Assembly: GCA_050251945.1 (NCBI GenBank)
Contig: JBFWLW010000007.1
Span: forward strand, 68,112 to 132,111
From: Deferribacterales bacterium
Lineage (GTDB): Bacteria; Chrysiogenota; Deferribacteres; Deferribacterales; Geovibrionaceae
Reading direction: 5' to 3'
Length of the DNA stretch: 64,000 nucleotides
In this document: positions 17,457 through 28,315 of the stretch, in pieces
Position numbering within the stretch: position 1 is the first letter of the stretch
Layout: every line of letters begins with the position of its first letter
The notes under the pieces: generated by a model
Told to the model about the DNA's origin: nothing
Seen by the model: only the letters and a program-made list of their open reading frames with translations
Database searches by the model: none
Program-made: the position numbers and the translations under genes

Positions 17457-19451
17457 GTGAAATACAGAAAAGATATCGACGGATTGCGATCCATTGCGAT
17501 TTTGCCTGTTATCCTGTATCATGCGGGGATATCCGCATTTTCAGGTGGTTTTATCGGTGTCGACGTTTTTTTTGTCATTTCCGGCTACCTCATTACATCA
17601 ATCATCCACAAAGAGCTTGTTTCAGGAACGTTTACCATTGCTAATTTTTATGTCAGGCGTGTGAAGCGTATATTTCCCGCACTGTTCGCAATGATCGCCG
17701 TAACGGGGCTGCTTTCATATTTTTTCCTTCTTCCTTCCCATTTTGAAAAATTCGGAAAAAGCGCCGCTGCCGCGGTGTTTTTTTGTGCAAATATTGTTTT
17801 CTGGGGCGACAGCGGCTATTTTGAGACAGCCGCAGAGAGCAAGCCGCTTCTGCATACATGGTCGCTGGGGGTTGAGGAACAGTTTTATATCTTTTTCCCT
17901 CTGATGCTCATGTTTTTTGCTAAGCGGGGTTTCAGACATCTTAAAACAATAATCATTTCAATTTTTATAATCTCTTTCCTGCTCAATGTCATATGTATTA
18001 AAATGTTTCCGTCTACCGTTTTTTTTAACCTGCCTTTCCGCGCATGGGAAATGATGCTCGGCGCCATGCTCGCGCTGGGTTTTTTTCCTTCTGCCGAAGG
18101 GGTCAAACGCGAGATTTCGGGCGTTTCCGGATTATTGCTTATAGCCGCAGGCATATTTTTGATAGACGAGAATACTCTTTTCCCGGGTTATGCCGCGCTT
18201 CTTCCGTGTATCGGGACGGCGCTGGTAATACATGCCGAGGGTTCTGCGGTTAACAGATTTCTCTCGCTGAAACCGCTTGTGTGGGTTGGGCTTCTGTCCT
18301 ATTCCCTTTATATCTGGCACTGGCCGCTTTTCGCTTTCAGAAACTATATCTCCGCAGTTGAGTTCGACTCTTTTTTCCTGACCAATACGTTTCTTATACC
18401 TGCTGTTTTTGCTATGGCGGTCTTTTCTTATTATGTGGTCGAAAAACCTCTGCGCACTATGAAAGTGTATAATAAAAGACAGCTTTTTGCATACGCCGCC
18501 GCCTGTATGGGAGTCTTGTGTCTGCCCGCCATATACGTTGAGCATACCAACGGTATGGGTGCAAGATTCTCCAAAAATGTAATTGAAGCAAGCACGGCAA
18601 AGATGGGTGGGCTTGACCCGAAAAAGTGCTTCGATATTGAATACGAGGATATAACAAAAGACAGGCTCTGCCGCATCGGAGGCAAAGCCGAGCCGACCTT
18701 CGCACTGGTAGGCGATTCGCATGCTCTTGCCATGAGCGGCGGTATGGATGCCCTGCTTAAAAAAACCGATACCGCAGGTCTGCTGTTCGCGCGCTCCACA
18801 TGCGCACCTGCAGACGGTACGGACGTTTTGAACGGCGCAAGATATCTGGACTGCAGTAAATACATAGATAAGGCGCTTGACGTTATCATAAGCGGATCCA
18901 GCGTAAAGACAGTATTTCTGACGGCAAGATGGGGCATGTATGCCAATAATAAGCGCTATCAGGGTACGACAAAACTTTATGTGGTGAAAGACGGCGAGGA
19001 TAAGGGCAGTCCCTATGCAAGCGACGGACTGCTTTATAAAGGACTTAAAAGTACGATAGCCAGACTTAACGCCGCCGGAATAAATGCGGTTGTGATACTG
19101 GACGTGCCTGATATCGGTTTTGACGTGCCTGTTGAGGCGGGCAAATATGCCATGATGAAGCAGATGTTTGGCGACAGGGTGGCGAAACTGGACTATGATT
19201 TCAGCTCGTCCACTCACTATGCATGGGCAAAAGATTTCAACGATATGATCAAATCCCTTTCAAAAGAGGTTCGGTTTTCTGTTATAGACCCTTCGGAATT
19301 CCTTTGCAAAAACGGAGAATGTGAGCTTTTCGACGGAATGTCTCCGCTTTATTTTGATTCCAACCACTTGTCAGTTCAAGGCTCTTTGTTCGTTGCCGGT
19401 CGAATGGCACCAAAGATCAGAGCAGCGATAAAAAATTCAGACAAATTTTGA
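17457..19451 (+). CDS. AT3-SGNH fused O-acyltransferase (OafA/OatA-like)
   Basis: YRKDIDGLR, GVDVFFVISG, HTWSLGVEEQFY, GDSHA, DSNH; GTG start. Confidence 0.93.
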   Translation: MKYRKDIDGLRSIAILPVILYHAGISAFSGGFIGVDVFFVISGYLITSIIHKELVSGTFTIANFYVRRVKRIFPALFAMIAVTGLLSYFFLLPSHFEKFGKSAAAAVFFCANIVFWGDSGYFETAAESKPLLHTWSLGVEEQFYIFFPLMLMFFAKRGFRHLKTIIISIFIISFLLNVICIKMFPSTVFFNLPFRAWEMMLGAMLALGFFPSAEGVKREISGVSGLLLIAAGIFLIDENTLFPGYAALLPCIGTALVIHAEGSAVNRFLSLKPLVWVGLLSYSLYIWHWPLFAFRNYISAVEFDSFFLTNTFLIPAVFAMAVFSYYVVEKPLRTMKVYNKRQLFAYAAACMGVLCLPAIYVEHTNGMGARFSKNVIEASTAKMGGLDPKKCFDIEYEDITKDRLCRIGGKAEPTFALVGDSHALAMSGGMDALLKKTDTAGLLFARSTCAPADGTDVLNGARYLDCSKYIDKALDVIISGSSVKTVFLTARWGMYANNKRYQGTTKLYVVKDGEDKGSPYASDGLLYKGLKSTIARLNAAGINAVVILDVPDIGFDVPVEAGKYAMMKQMFGDRVAKLDYDFSSSTHYAWAKDFNDMIKSLSKEVRFSVIDPSEFLCKNGECELFDGMSPLYFDSNHLSVQGSLFVAGRMAPKIRAAIKNSDKF

Positions 19452-19461
19452 CATCAATCAA
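19448..19461 (+). promoter_or_regulatory. FNR/DNR-type (Crp/Fnr family) binding site
   Basis: TTGAC-atca-ATCAA versus consensus TTGAT-N4-ATCAA; TATATT at 19483-19488 places it near -41.5. Confidence 0.6.
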
Positions 19462-19522
19462 GTTATTCCCGTACAATATGTTTATATTGGCTTTCATAAG
19501 ATGAAAGACTAAGGAGATTACA

Positions 19523-20725
19523 ATGATAAACGCCAATATAACAGTTTACGAACTTTCCAAACAGCACCCAGCGGCATTCAGCCTGTTTGTCAGCAAGGGT
19601 TTCGATAGCTTTAAAGACGAAAAAGTGCTTTCTGCCGCAGGAAAATTCCTTAAACTGGAAACAGCGATAAAACAGAAAAATTATGACGTTCAGACATTTC
19701 TGAACAGCCTTGCAGAGATAGAGAAAAACAACGACGCATCAGTGGACGTTACCCTTAAAGAGCGGAAGACGGATGGGGATATAACCCTTAAAGGACTTCT
19801 GCCATGTCCGGTACGCCTGCCTCTGCTTGAAAAGATAGACGCTTTCGCAGAGAGCGTTAAAGAGCAGACGGGGCTGACAGTGGCATACGATCTCATCGCC
19901 GCCGCACAGGGGCAGGGATGGCTTGAGGAGAACGTTGTGGGCATCAAAGCGGAGAACGTTCCCGATCTGTTCGTTTCTGCGGGATTCGACGTTTTCTTCG
20001 ATGAGCGTTCATTCGGAAAACATGTGAAAAACGGTATGTTCGAGGATATGACTGGCGAGTGCCACGATTATCTTGCGCAGATGAAAGACCCCAAAGGCAA
20101 CTACGGCATGGTTGGGGTTGTCCCCGCTGTGTTCATGGTGAACCTCGATGCGCTTGGTGCAAGACAAGTCCCCAGAGGCTGGGCTGATCTGCTTTCACCT
20201 GAATTTGAAAAGAGCGTTTCCCTTCCCGTCGGTGACTTTGACCTGTTCAACTCCCTTTTGGTGCACATCCACCACATGTTCGGTGACTCAGGGGTTAAGA
20301 AGCTGGCAAAGAGCATGATACAGTCCATGCACCCCGCGCAGATGGTTAAGAATGCAGGCAGAAAGACAGAGGCGAAACCCGCCGTGACCATTATGCCTTA
20401 CTTCTTTACAAAGATGCTGTTCGGAAGCAAATCCGTTGAGATAGTATGGCCTTCTGAGGGCAGTATCATAAGCCCCGTGTTCATGCTTACCCGCAAAGAC
20501 AGAAAAGAAATTATCAAACCCGCCGCCGACTTCCTTTACGGAAAAGAGACAGGCGAGATAATGGCTCACAAAGGACTTTTTCCCGTACTGAACAAAGAGG
20601 TGGACAACAGACTTCCCGAAGGCGCCAGGTTCTACTGGGTCGGCTGGGACTATATATACAAAACAGATATGGGCAGTCTGCTTGAAAGACTGAACAGCAT
20701 GTTCAACGAAAGACTGGAGGCGTAA
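19523..20725 (+). CDS. Solute-binding-fold protein with N-terminal DUF1858-like domain, no signal peptide
   Basis: VPRGWADLLSPEF and IVWPSEG..ISP SBP motifs; LPCP motif; hydrophilic N-terminus. Confidence 0.82.
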   Translation: MINANITVYELSKQHPAAFSLFVSKGFDSFKDEKVLSAAGKFLKLETAIKQKNYDVQTFLNSLAEIEKNNDASVDVTLKERKTDGDITLKGLLPCPVRLPLLEKIDAFAESVKEQTGLTVAYDLIAAAQGQGWLEENVVGIKAENVPDLFVSAGFDVFFDERSFGKHVKNGMFEDMTGECHDYLAQMKDPKGNYGMVGVVPAVFMVNLDALGARQVPRGWADLLSPEFEKSVSLPVGDFDLFNSLLVHIHHMFGDSGVKKLAKSMIQSMHPAQMVKNAGRKTEAKPAVTIMPYFFTKMLFGSKSVEIVWPSEGSIISPVFMLTRKDRKEIIKPAADFLYGKETGEIMAHKGLFPVLNKEVDNRLPEGARFYWVGWDYIYKTDMGSLLERLNSMFNERLEA

Positions 20726-20727
20726 CA

Positions 20728-21423
20728 ATGAGATTCGTAACCGTAAGCGGCCCACCGTCATCAGGTAAGACCGCCGTGATACTTAAAACCGTTGAAAGCC
20801 TCCGCCAGCGCGGCATAAAGGCAGGCGTGGTCAAATTTGACTGCCTCTATACAGACGACGATAAGCTGTACGAACAGAAGGGAATACCTGTTAAAAAAGG
20901 ACTTTCCGGCGCACTCTGCCCCGACCACTACTTCGTGAGCAACGTATCCGAAAGTTTTGAATGGGGCAAAAAGCAGGGCGTTGATATCCTCATCAGCGAA
21001 AGCGCCGGGCTTTGCAACAGATGCAGTCCGCATATTAAAGAAATTCTGGCTGTCTGCGTTATAGACAACCTTTCAGGCATAAACACGCCAAAAAAGATAG
21101 GACCGATGCTGAAATCCGCCGACGTGGTTGTCATAACCAAAGGCGACATAGTTTCGCAGGCGGAGCGTGAGGTGTTCGCGTCGAGGGTTGCAACCGTTAA
21201 CCCCACGGCGAGCATAATGCATGTTAACGGTATCACAGGTCAGGGTGCTTTCGAGCTTTCGACGCTTTTTGCCGACGAAAAGACCGAAACCGACACACTG
21301 AACGGAAAAAGCCTTAGATTTTCAATGCCATCGGCACTCTGCTCATACTGCCTCGGCGAAAAGAGAATCGGCGCTGAATATCAGATGGGCAACGTAAGAA
21401 AGATGGATGTGGACAATGGATAG
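20728..21423 (+). CDS. HypB/UreG-like G3E GTPase, Cys-rich
   Basis: GPPSSGKT, LCPDH, ESAGLCNRCSP, TKGD, C-terminal CSYC. Confidence 0.88.
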   Translation: MRFVTVSGPPSSGKTAVILKTVESLRQRGIKAGVVKFDCLYTDDDKLYEQKGIPVKKGLSGALCPDHYFVSNVSESFEWGKKQGVDILISESAGLCNRCSPHIKEILAVCVIDNLSGINTPKKIGPMLKSADVVVITKGDIVSQAEREVFASRVATVNPTASIMHVNGITGQGAFELSTLFADEKTETDTLNGKSLRFSMPSALCSYCLGEKRIGAEYQMGNVRKMDVDNG

Positions 21424-22408
21424 ACAGCAGATTTTACATAAACCTTTTGCGGAACTTCTGGCTGAAATGCCCTTTGCAGGCGACTTCTTCGAGTCTCAGG
21501 GACTCGAGGATCCGACGGCATCGGTGAAGAATTTTATCGACAATCTGACCGACACACAGCTTGAAGACATGGGCATTGAGCCTGCGGAGTTTCTGAACAG
21601 CTTCTTTACGTTCCTTGAAGCTGTCGGTTCGATGACCGAGAGAACGTCAGTGATCAGCAGTCTTACCATCACAGGCGGCATCAATAAGAAGGGCGAGGAT
21701 GAAAACTTTGAGCTTGAGATAAAAGCGGGCGAGATAATCTGTATCGTGGGTCCCACAGGTTCAGGTAAAAGCCGTCTGCTGGCAGATATCGAGTGGATGG
21801 CGATGGGTGATACGCCCACTAATCGCCGCATTAAGATTAACGGTGCGGATCCCGACAAAAGCTGGAGATTTTCGCCGGAACACAAGCCGGTCGCTCAGCT
21901 GTCCCAGAACATGAACTTCGTAATGGATCTCACCGCCAGAGAGTTTGTGCGCATACACGCGGAGAGCCGCTTTGTGCAGAACCCTGACGAAAAGGTCGAA
22001 ATCATCATAGAGAAGGCGAACGAGCTTGCAGGAGAAAAATTCGACGGCGACACGCCTGTGACATCCCTCTCCGGCGGACAGTCCAGAGCGCTTATGATTG
22101 CGGATACAGCTTTTCTCAGCAAGTCTCCCATCGTTCTTATAGATGAGATTGAGAACGCAGGTATAGACCGCAAAAAAGCGTTAGACCTTCTTGTAGGTGA
22201 GGAAAAGATAGTGCTGATGTCAACCCACGACCCGATTCTGGCGCTGATGGGCGACAAAAGGCTGGTTATTAAGAACGGCGGCGTTGCGAAGATAATCACA
22301 ACCTCTGACAAGGAACGCAAGAACCTCGAACAGCTTCAGGAGCTTGATAAAAAACTGCTGGAACTGCGCAACAGAGTTAGAACAGGCGACACACTGGAAG
22401 AGATATGA
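21416..22408 (+). CDS. Soluble ABC-type ATPase with N-terminal extension
   Basis: GPTGSGKS, LSGGQ, VLIDE, THD. Confidence 0.9.
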   Translation: MDRQQILHKPFAELLAEMPFAGDFFESQGLEDPTASVKNFIDNLTDTQLEDMGIEPAEFLNSFFTFLEAVGSMTERTSVISSLTITGGINKKGEDENFELEIKAGEIICIVGPTGSGKSRLLADIEWMAMGDTPTNRRIKINGADPDKSWRFSPEHKPVAQLSQNMNFVMDLTAREFVRIHAESRFVQNPDEKVEIIIEKANELAGEKFDGDTPVTSLSGGQSRALMIADTAFLSKSPIVLIDEIENAGIDRKKALDLLVGEEKIVLMSTHDPILALMGDKRLVIKNGGVAKIITTSDKERKNLEQLQELDKKLLELRNRVRTGDTLEEI

Positions 22409-22701
22409 GAAAAGAGAAAAGGGTGGTCAGAGACGCAAAGGTTCTGACCGCCTTTACAGGCGTTTACTGCCGCGAAAACCATAAAACAGAAAGACTTTGC
22501 GAGGACTGCAAGGCTGTTCTGGAATATGCCCTGCGTCGCAACGATAAATGTCCGCTCGACCCGAAACCCAAATGCAAAGACTGCAAAATTCACTGCTATA
22601 AGCCTGAAATGCGCGCCAAAATTCGCGAAATCATGAAATTCAGCGGCATTTATTTTATCAAGCGCGGACGCATCGACTGGCTCTTCCACTATTTTTTATA
22701 G
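22405..22701 (+). CDS. YgbA-family (nitrosative-stress associated) Cys-rich protein
   Basis: YC..H..CEDC..YA..R..CP..KP.CKDC.IHCYKP.MR..IR.IM.FSG. Confidence 0.88.
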   Translation: MRKEKRVVRDAKVLTAFTGVYCRENHKTERLCEDCKAVLEYALRRNDKCPLDPKPKCKDCKIHCYKPEMRAKIREIMKFSGIYFIKRGRIDWLFHYFL

Positions 22702-22825
22702 GTTATCAGCCTCCCTCTGATAAAAGATTTGCACTGTTTATGCAAGTGTTTCTGCTCCAAACCTGTTGAACAGGAGGGAGAAAATACTTTGTAAACTTTC
22801 TTCTATGGGCGTATAATCCCGCACT

Positions 22826-23725
22826 ATGTCTGCAAATCAAACTCCTAAATACGACAATGAGACGATGGGAATCGTGATGATGCTTGGCGCATCCGTATGT
22901 TTTTCGTCCATGGGTTATTTCATAAAGAAGCTGACAGAGGATTTCTCCACCATGGAGATAATCTTCATGCGCAACCTGATAACCATGCTTATCATATGGA
23001 GCGCTATGGTTATTGTACGTCCTGTGAGCCGCGGCGGGAAGCCCGTGCTTCTCATTATGCGCGGGGTGTACGGTGTTACGGCGATGATAGCTTTTTTCTA
23101 TGCCATAAGTGTTATGCACCTTGCCACCGCCGCCACGTTCTCAAAAACTTCGCCGCTTTTTACGGCGCTGATAGCAGTTTTTGTTATGAAGGAAAAAGCG
23201 GACTGGCGTGTCTGGACGGCTATAGGCGTTGGCTTTTTCGGTGTTCTTTTTATCCTTAAGCCGGGCGGGAACGTGCCGCCTGCGGGGTATGCGGCGGGTA
23301 TCCTATGCGGAGTTCTCGCGGCGTTCGCGTATACCACGGTGCGCGGTCTTGCGGACTATTACGATGCTCGTGTGGTCGTGTTCGTTTTTTCTCTGGTGGG
23401 TGTTATCGGCTCGCTGGTATATTTTATAGTGCTTTATTTTTCAGGCGACCCACGCTACGCAAACTGGGATTTTCTTCCACACGGTCTGCATCTATGGTAT
23501 TTCATAATTTCAGGCGCACTGGCATCCGCCGCACAGTTTCTCATGTCCAAGTCTTATTACTACGGTCGTGCGTCGCTCATGGGAGCGATAAGCTATTCAG
23601 AACTTGTTTTCAGTGTGTTTACCGGTTTTCTGGCGGGCGACAGACTGCCGGATTTCGTGTCTTTCGCCGGTATGTTTCTGGTGTTTCTCAGCGGCATTCT
23701 CATTGTCCGCGCCAGAAAGAAGTAA
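22826..23725 (+). CDS. EamA/DMT-family transporter
   Basis: About 10 TM helices in two repeats; SPLFTALIA..KEK. Confidence 0.9.
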   Translation: MSANQTPKYDNETMGIVMMLGASVCFSSMGYFIKKLTEDFSTMEIIFMRNLITMLIIWSAMVIVRPVSRGGKPVLLIMRGVYGVTAMIAFFYAISVMHLATAATFSKTSPLFTALIAVFVMKEKADWRVWTAIGVGFFGVLFILKPGGNVPPAGYAAGILCGVLAAFAYTTVRGLADYYDARVVVFVFSLVGVIGSLVYFIVLYFSGDPRYANWDFLPHGLHLWYFIISGALASAAQFLMSKSYYYGRASLMGAISYSELVFSVFTGFLAGDRLPDFVSFAGMFLVFLSGILIVRARKK

Positions 23726-23762
23726 AACAGGACAAAATTAATATTTTTTACACCGTTCTTTC

Positions 23763-23790
23763 TTGACATTCAAGCACATAGCGTTAAACT
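23763..23790 (+). promoter_or_regulatory. Sigma70-like promoter of the nqr operon
   Basis: TTGACA-16 bp-TAAACT. Confidence 0.55.
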
Positions 23791-23833
23791 TAGAACATAA
23801 AATTTTGTGTTTTATTTTATCGGAGTAAGACAT

Positions 23834-25153
23834 ATGCACCGAAAAATCAAAAAAGGACTCGATCTGCCGATAAAGGGGCGTCCATCCGGCGAAATAGCCG
23901 ATATGACGACAGTAGGCAGAGTTGGTATTCTGGGGGATGATTACCCCGGTCTGCGACCTTCTATTAAGGTACGGGTCGGGGACAGAGTGAAAAAAGGACA
24001 GCTTCTTTTCACCGACCGCAAGAATCCATCACTTTATTTCACAGCGTTTGCATCAGGAACAGTTGCGGAGATAAACCGCGGGGAGAAAAGGAAATTTCTT
24101 TCTCTTGTCATTGAAAAGGACGGAAGCGAACCTGAACGGTTCGACACTGACGTTTCGGACAGAGCGAAGGTTCTGGAACTTTTAAAGGTTTCGGGTCTGC
24201 TCACAAAATTCCGTAAACGCCCGTTTTCAGTGTGCGTACGCGAAGAGGAACAGCCGGAGGCGGTGTTTGTAAACTGTATGGACACCAGACCGCTTGCACC
24301 GGATGCCTCTTTGATATTATCTCATTACAAAGACTATTTTTACGAGGGTCTTAAGGCAGTCGCCAAGCTATCGGGCAAAACCTATGCCTGCTGCGGAAAC
24401 GGAGTGAGCATTAACGCTGTCGAAGGCGTCGAGGTCGCAGTTTTCGACGGTGTACACCCTGCCGGACTGACAGGCACACACGTCCACTTCCTGCGCCCTG
24501 TCGCACAGGGAAAAATTGTCTGGACGGTTGACATGCAGACGGTCATAGACCTCGGATATCTCATTAAAAATAAAGAGCTTAACGAAGAGCGCATAATTGC
24601 AACAGGCGGTACGATGGTGGAAAATCCATGCCATATCCGCACTGTGCACGGTGCCTGCATAACATGGCTCACCAGAGGAAGAATAAAGACCGGAGAGGTG
24701 CGCATGATAAACGGTTCGGTGCTGTACGGATTTTCCGTAACACCCGAAACGGCGTATCTGTCTGAAAACTTCGCTCAGATTTCCGCCGTTGCGGAGCAGA
24801 CCGACCGTCCGTTCATGGGCTGGCTGCTCCCCGGATTCAGGATGCATTCAGTAGTGAATATCTTTGCCTCTAAGGTCTTCGGAGAAAAGGACATAAAATT
24901 TGACACTTCTCTGAACGGCAGTTTCAGGGCTATGATTCCCGTCGGCACATATGAAAAGGTGATGCCGCTGGATATCCTGCCCACGCACCTTCTGAGAGCC
25001 TTGCAGATGAAAGATTACGAAGGGGCGGAAAAACTCGGCGCTCTGGAACTTTCCGAGGAAGACCTGAGCCTCTGTACCTACGTCTGTCCGGGCAAAACGG
25101 ACTATGCGCCTCTGCTGCGCGATGCCCTCACAACCATTGAGAAGGAGGGCTGA
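23834..25153 (+). CDS. nqrA: Na+-translocating NADH:quinone reductase subunit A
   Basis: KIKKGLDLPI, HPAGLTGTH, LGALELSEEDLSLCTYVCPGK. Confidence 0.96.
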   Translation: MHRKIKKGLDLPIKGRPSGEIADMTTVGRVGILGDDYPGLRPSIKVRVGDRVKKGQLLFTDRKNPSLYFTAFASGTVAEINRGEKRKFLSLVIEKDGSEPERFDTDVSDRAKVLELLKVSGLLTKFRKRPFSVCVREEEQPEAVFVNCMDTRPLAPDASLILSHYKDYFYEGLKAVAKLSGKTYACCGNGVSINAVEGVEVAVFDGVHPAGLTGTHVHFLRPVAQGKIVWTVDMQTVIDLGYLIKNKELNEERIIATGGTMVENPCHIRTVHGACITWLTRGRIKTGEVRMINGSVLYGFSVTPETAYLSENFAQISAVAEQTDRPFMGWLLPGFRMHSVVNIFASKVFGEKDIKFDTSLNGSFRAMIPVGTYEKVMPLDILPTHLLRALQMKDYEGAEKLGALELSEEDLSLCTYVCPGKTDYAPLLRDALTTIEKEG

Positions 25154-25155
25154 CA

Positions 25156-26346
25156 ATGAGAAAATTCTTTGAAAAACATAAGCATCTTTTCGAGAAGGGC
25201 GGAAAATATGAAATGTGGTACCCCGTTTTTGAAATGGCGGACACCTTTTTATATAACCCGCTACATAGAACTAAAGGGACAACCCACCTGCGCGACGGTA
25301 TCGACCTTAAGAGGATAATGATAACTGTCGTTGTGGCGCTGATCCCCTGCGTGCTGATGGCGCTTTACAACACAGGGTTACAAGCGAACATTGCTATTGC
25401 GGCATCCGGTGCCGAAAACCTTGAGGGCTGGCGTCATGTGCTGATACGCGCCATGGGTGTCGGTTATGACCCGAACAGCATCGGCGCGAATTTCTTCCAC
25501 GGCGCTTTGTACTTTTTGCCGCTGTATATAGTGACACTTGCCGTGGGCGGTTTCTGGGAACTTCTGTTCTCCGTTATCCGCAAACATGAGATAGGCGAGG
25601 CGTTCCTTGTTACAAGCCTGCTCTATCCGCTGATCCTGCCGCCCACCGTCCCGATATGGGAAGCGATGGTTGCTCTTTCGGTGGGGCTTGTGCTGGGTAA
25701 GGAAGTTTTCGGCGGAACGGGACGCAACTTTGTAAACCCCGCGCTGTTTGCCCGCGCGATACTCTTTTTCTCATATCCCGCCGGTATCTCAGGTGACACT
25801 ACGTGGGTTGCCGTTGACGGGTACAGCTATGCTACACCGCTGGCATCGCAGTCATTTGCCGGACACATAAACGTCACATGGATGGACGCTTTTCTGGGGT
25901 TTATCCCCGGTTCAATGGGTGAAACGTCCGCTCTGGCGTGCCTGTTCGGTGCGGCAGTGCTTATCTACACAGGGATAGGTTCATGGCGTATCATGGTTTC
26001 TTCCGTGGCGGGACTGGTTATCATAACCGGACTGTTCAACGTTATAGGTTCCGATACGAATTATATGTTTTCGCTTACCCCCGACTGGCACCTTGTCATA
26101 GGCGGGTTTGCGTTCGCAACGGTGTTTATGGCGACCGATCCTGTTTCGGCGGCATACACCGATAAAGGAAAGTATTATTACGGATTTCTGATAGGAGCCA
26201 TGACCGCTCTGGTGCGGGTTGTCAACCCTGCATATCCTGAAGGAGCGATGCTTGCGGTACTTTTCGCAAACATTTTCGCCCCGCTTATGGATTATCTGGT
26301 CATGAGAGCGAATGTAGCAAGGAGGGCGAAGAGATATGCGGCGTGA
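25156..26346 (+). CDS. nqrB: Na+-NQR subunit B
   Basis: HLRDGIDLKR, GKEVFGGTG, FMN site DGYSYAT, GSMGETS, PAYPEG. Confidence 0.96.
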   Translation: MRKFFEKHKHLFEKGGKYEMWYPVFEMADTFLYNPLHRTKGTTHLRDGIDLKRIMITVVVALIPCVLMALYNTGLQANIAIAASGAENLEGWRHVLIRAMGVGYDPNSIGANFFHGALYFLPLYIVTLAVGGFWELLFSVIRKHEIGEAFLVTSLLYPLILPPTVPIWEAMVALSVGLVLGKEVFGGTGRNFVNPALFARAILFFSYPAGISGDTTWVAVDGYSYATPLASQSFAGHINVTWMDAFLGFIPGSMGETSALACLFGAAVLIYTGIGSWRIMVSSVAGLVIITGLFNVIGSDTNYMFSLTPDWHLVIGGFAFATVFMATDPVSAAYTDKGKYYYGFLIGAMTALVRVVNPAYPEGAMLAVLFANIFAPLMDYLVMRANVARRAKRYAA

Positions 26347-27094
26347 AAGCGATCTTAGAACGTTTCTGATAGCCCTCGTGCTGGCTGTCATCTGTTCATT
26401 CTTTGTTGCGGGGGCAAATGTGCTTCTGAAACCCAGACAGGACATGAACAAGGAACTGGAAAGGAAAAAGAATATCCTGCTTGCCGCGGGAATTCTGAAA
26501 TCAGACACGGACATCAACAAGGAATTCGGTTCAGTTGAGACGTACCTTGTTGATATGAAGACGGGCAAGTCCGAAAAGGGCGACGCAGGCAAATATTTTG
26601 AAAGCATCAGAAAGCTTGCTGCGGCGAAAGATGCTGTGCATCTGACAAAACAGCAGGATATTGCCGTTATAAAGAGCATACCTGCTAAGATTCCCGTTTT
26701 CATTCTGCGCGACGGGGACGGAAAGATAGCGAAGGTGGTAATGCCCGTTTACGGTTCGGGGCTTTGGAGTACGATGTACGGCTTTATGGCGCTGAACAGT
26801 GATCTTAACTCCGTGAGCGGCATAACTTTCTATGAACATGGCGAAACCCCGGGGCTTGGCGGCGAGATAGACAATCCGCTGTGGAAGGCTCAATGGGTTG
26901 ACAAAAAAATATACGGAAACGACGGTTCGGTGGCGCTTTCAGTTGTTAAAGGCGGAGCGAAAGGCGAAAGTCAGGTGGATTCACTCAGCGGCGCGACAAT
27001 GACAAGCCGCGGCGTTGAAAACACAGTGCGTTTCTGGATGGGTCAGGACGGGTTCGGAAAATATCTGAACTCGCTGAAACAGGGGGGTGCTTAA
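26336..27094 (+). CDS. nqrC: Na+-NQR subunit C
   Basis: [17 protein letters not shown] site [10 protein letters not shown]. Confidence 0.96.
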   Translation: MRRESDLRTFLIALVLAVICSFFVAGANVLLKPRQDMNKELERKKNILLAAGILKSDTDINKEFGSVETYLVDMKTGKSEKGDAGKYFESIRKLAAAKDAVHLTKQQDIAVIKSIPAKIPVFILRDGDGKIAKVVMPVYGSGLWSTMYGFMALNSDLNSVSGITFYEHGETPGLGGEIDNPLWKAQWVDKKIYGNDGSVALSVVKGGAKGESQVDSLSGATMTSRGVENTVRFWMGQDGFGKYLNSLKQGGA

Positions 27095-27705
27095 TGTCGG
27101 CTATGAAGGTCTTCACAGACCCCATCATAAAAAATAACCCCATCGCCGTGCAGGTGCTGGGCATCTGTTCCACACTGGCTGTCACAACCAAACTGGAAGT
27201 GACCCTTGTTATGGCGATATCCGTTATGACCGTTGTGGCGCTTTCAAACCTGTTCCTCTCTATGATGCGCAACCTCATGCCATCAAGCATCAGGCTCATC
27301 ATCGAAATGACGGTTGTCGCAACACTGGTCATCATCGCAGATCAGATAATCAAGGCATACATGTTCGACATAAGCAAACAGCTTTCGGTGTTCATGGGGC
27401 TTATCATCACCAACTGTATCATTATGGGACGTGCGGAGGCGTATGCTATCAGCAACCCGCCTTTCAAAAGTTTTCTTGACGGTCTGGGCAACGGCGCGGG
27501 CTACGGTCTGGTGCTTATCATAATTGCCACCATCAGGGAGCTTGTTGGTTCCGGCAAACTGCTTGGATTTACCATACTGCCCTCTGTGAATTCCGGCGGA
27601 TGGTATCAGCCGAACGGTCTGTTCCTCCTTGCGCCCAGCGCGTTTTTCCTGATCGGCATCCTGATATGGATAGCCAGACTTACAGTTGTTAAGGCGGAGG
27701 ACTGA
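27094..27705 (+). CDS. nqrD: Na+-NQR subunit D
   Basis: [28 protein letters not shown]. Confidence 0.96.
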   Translation: MSAMKVFTDPIIKNNPIAVQVLGICSTLAVTTKLEVTLVMAISVMTVVALSNLFLSMMRNLMPSSIRLIIEMTVVATLVIIADQIIKAYMFDISKQLSVFMGLIITNCIIMGRAEAYAISNPPFKSFLDGLGNGAGYGLVLIIIATIRELVGSGKLLGFTILPSVNSGGWYQPNGLFLLAPSAFFLIGILIWIARLTVVKAED

Positions 27706-27706
27706 T

Positions 27707-28315
27707 ATGGAAGCATACCTTTCGCTGTTCATAAAATCAATTTTCATCGAGAATATGGCACTGTCCTTCTTCCTGGGCATGTGTACCTTTATCGCCGTTT
27801 CAAAGAAGGTTGAGACCGCTTTCGGGCTTGGCGTTGCTGTCGTCGTCGTTCAGGCGATAACTGTTCCCGCGAATAACCTGCTTTACAGGTTCGTTCTGAA
27901 AGAGGGCGCTCTGGCATGGGCGGGGCTTCCGGATCTTGATCTCGGATTCATCGGACTGGTGACATATATAGGTCTCATCGCTGCCATAGTGCAGATACTT
28001 GAGATGGCGCTGGACAAATATGTTCCGACACTCTATTCGGCACTGGGTATCTTCCTGCCTCTGATAACGGTTAACTGTGCTATTCTCGGCGGCTCGCTGT
28101 TTATGGTGCAGAGAGACTATTCGTTCGGCGAATCCGTCGTATTCGGGCTGGGTTCGGGCATAGGCTGGGCGCTGGCTATCGTAACCATGGCGGGGATTAG
28201 AGACAGAATTAAATATGCCGACACGCCGAAAGGACTTGGCGGTATGGGCATAACATTCATTACGGCGGGCATCATGGCGATAGCCTTTATGCTTTTTTCA
28301 GGGATAAAGTTATGA
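27707..28315 (+). CDS. nqrE: Na+-NQR subunit E
   Basis: [35 protein letters not shown]. Confidence 0.96.
   Translation: MEAYLSLFIKSIFIENMALSFFLGMCTFIAVSKKVETAFGLGVAVVVVQAITVPANNLLYRFVLKEGALAWAGLPDLDLGFIGLVTYIGLIAAIVQILEMALDKYVPTLYSALGIFLPLITVNCAILGGSLFMVQRDYSFGESVVFGLGSGIGWALAIVTMAGIRDRIKYADTPKGLGGMGITFITAGIMAIAFMLFSGIKL

Noticed and set aside
25810..25845. NqrB flavinylation motif SYAT instead of SGAT
   Set aside because: That position varies among NqrB/RnfD proteins and the Thr is retained
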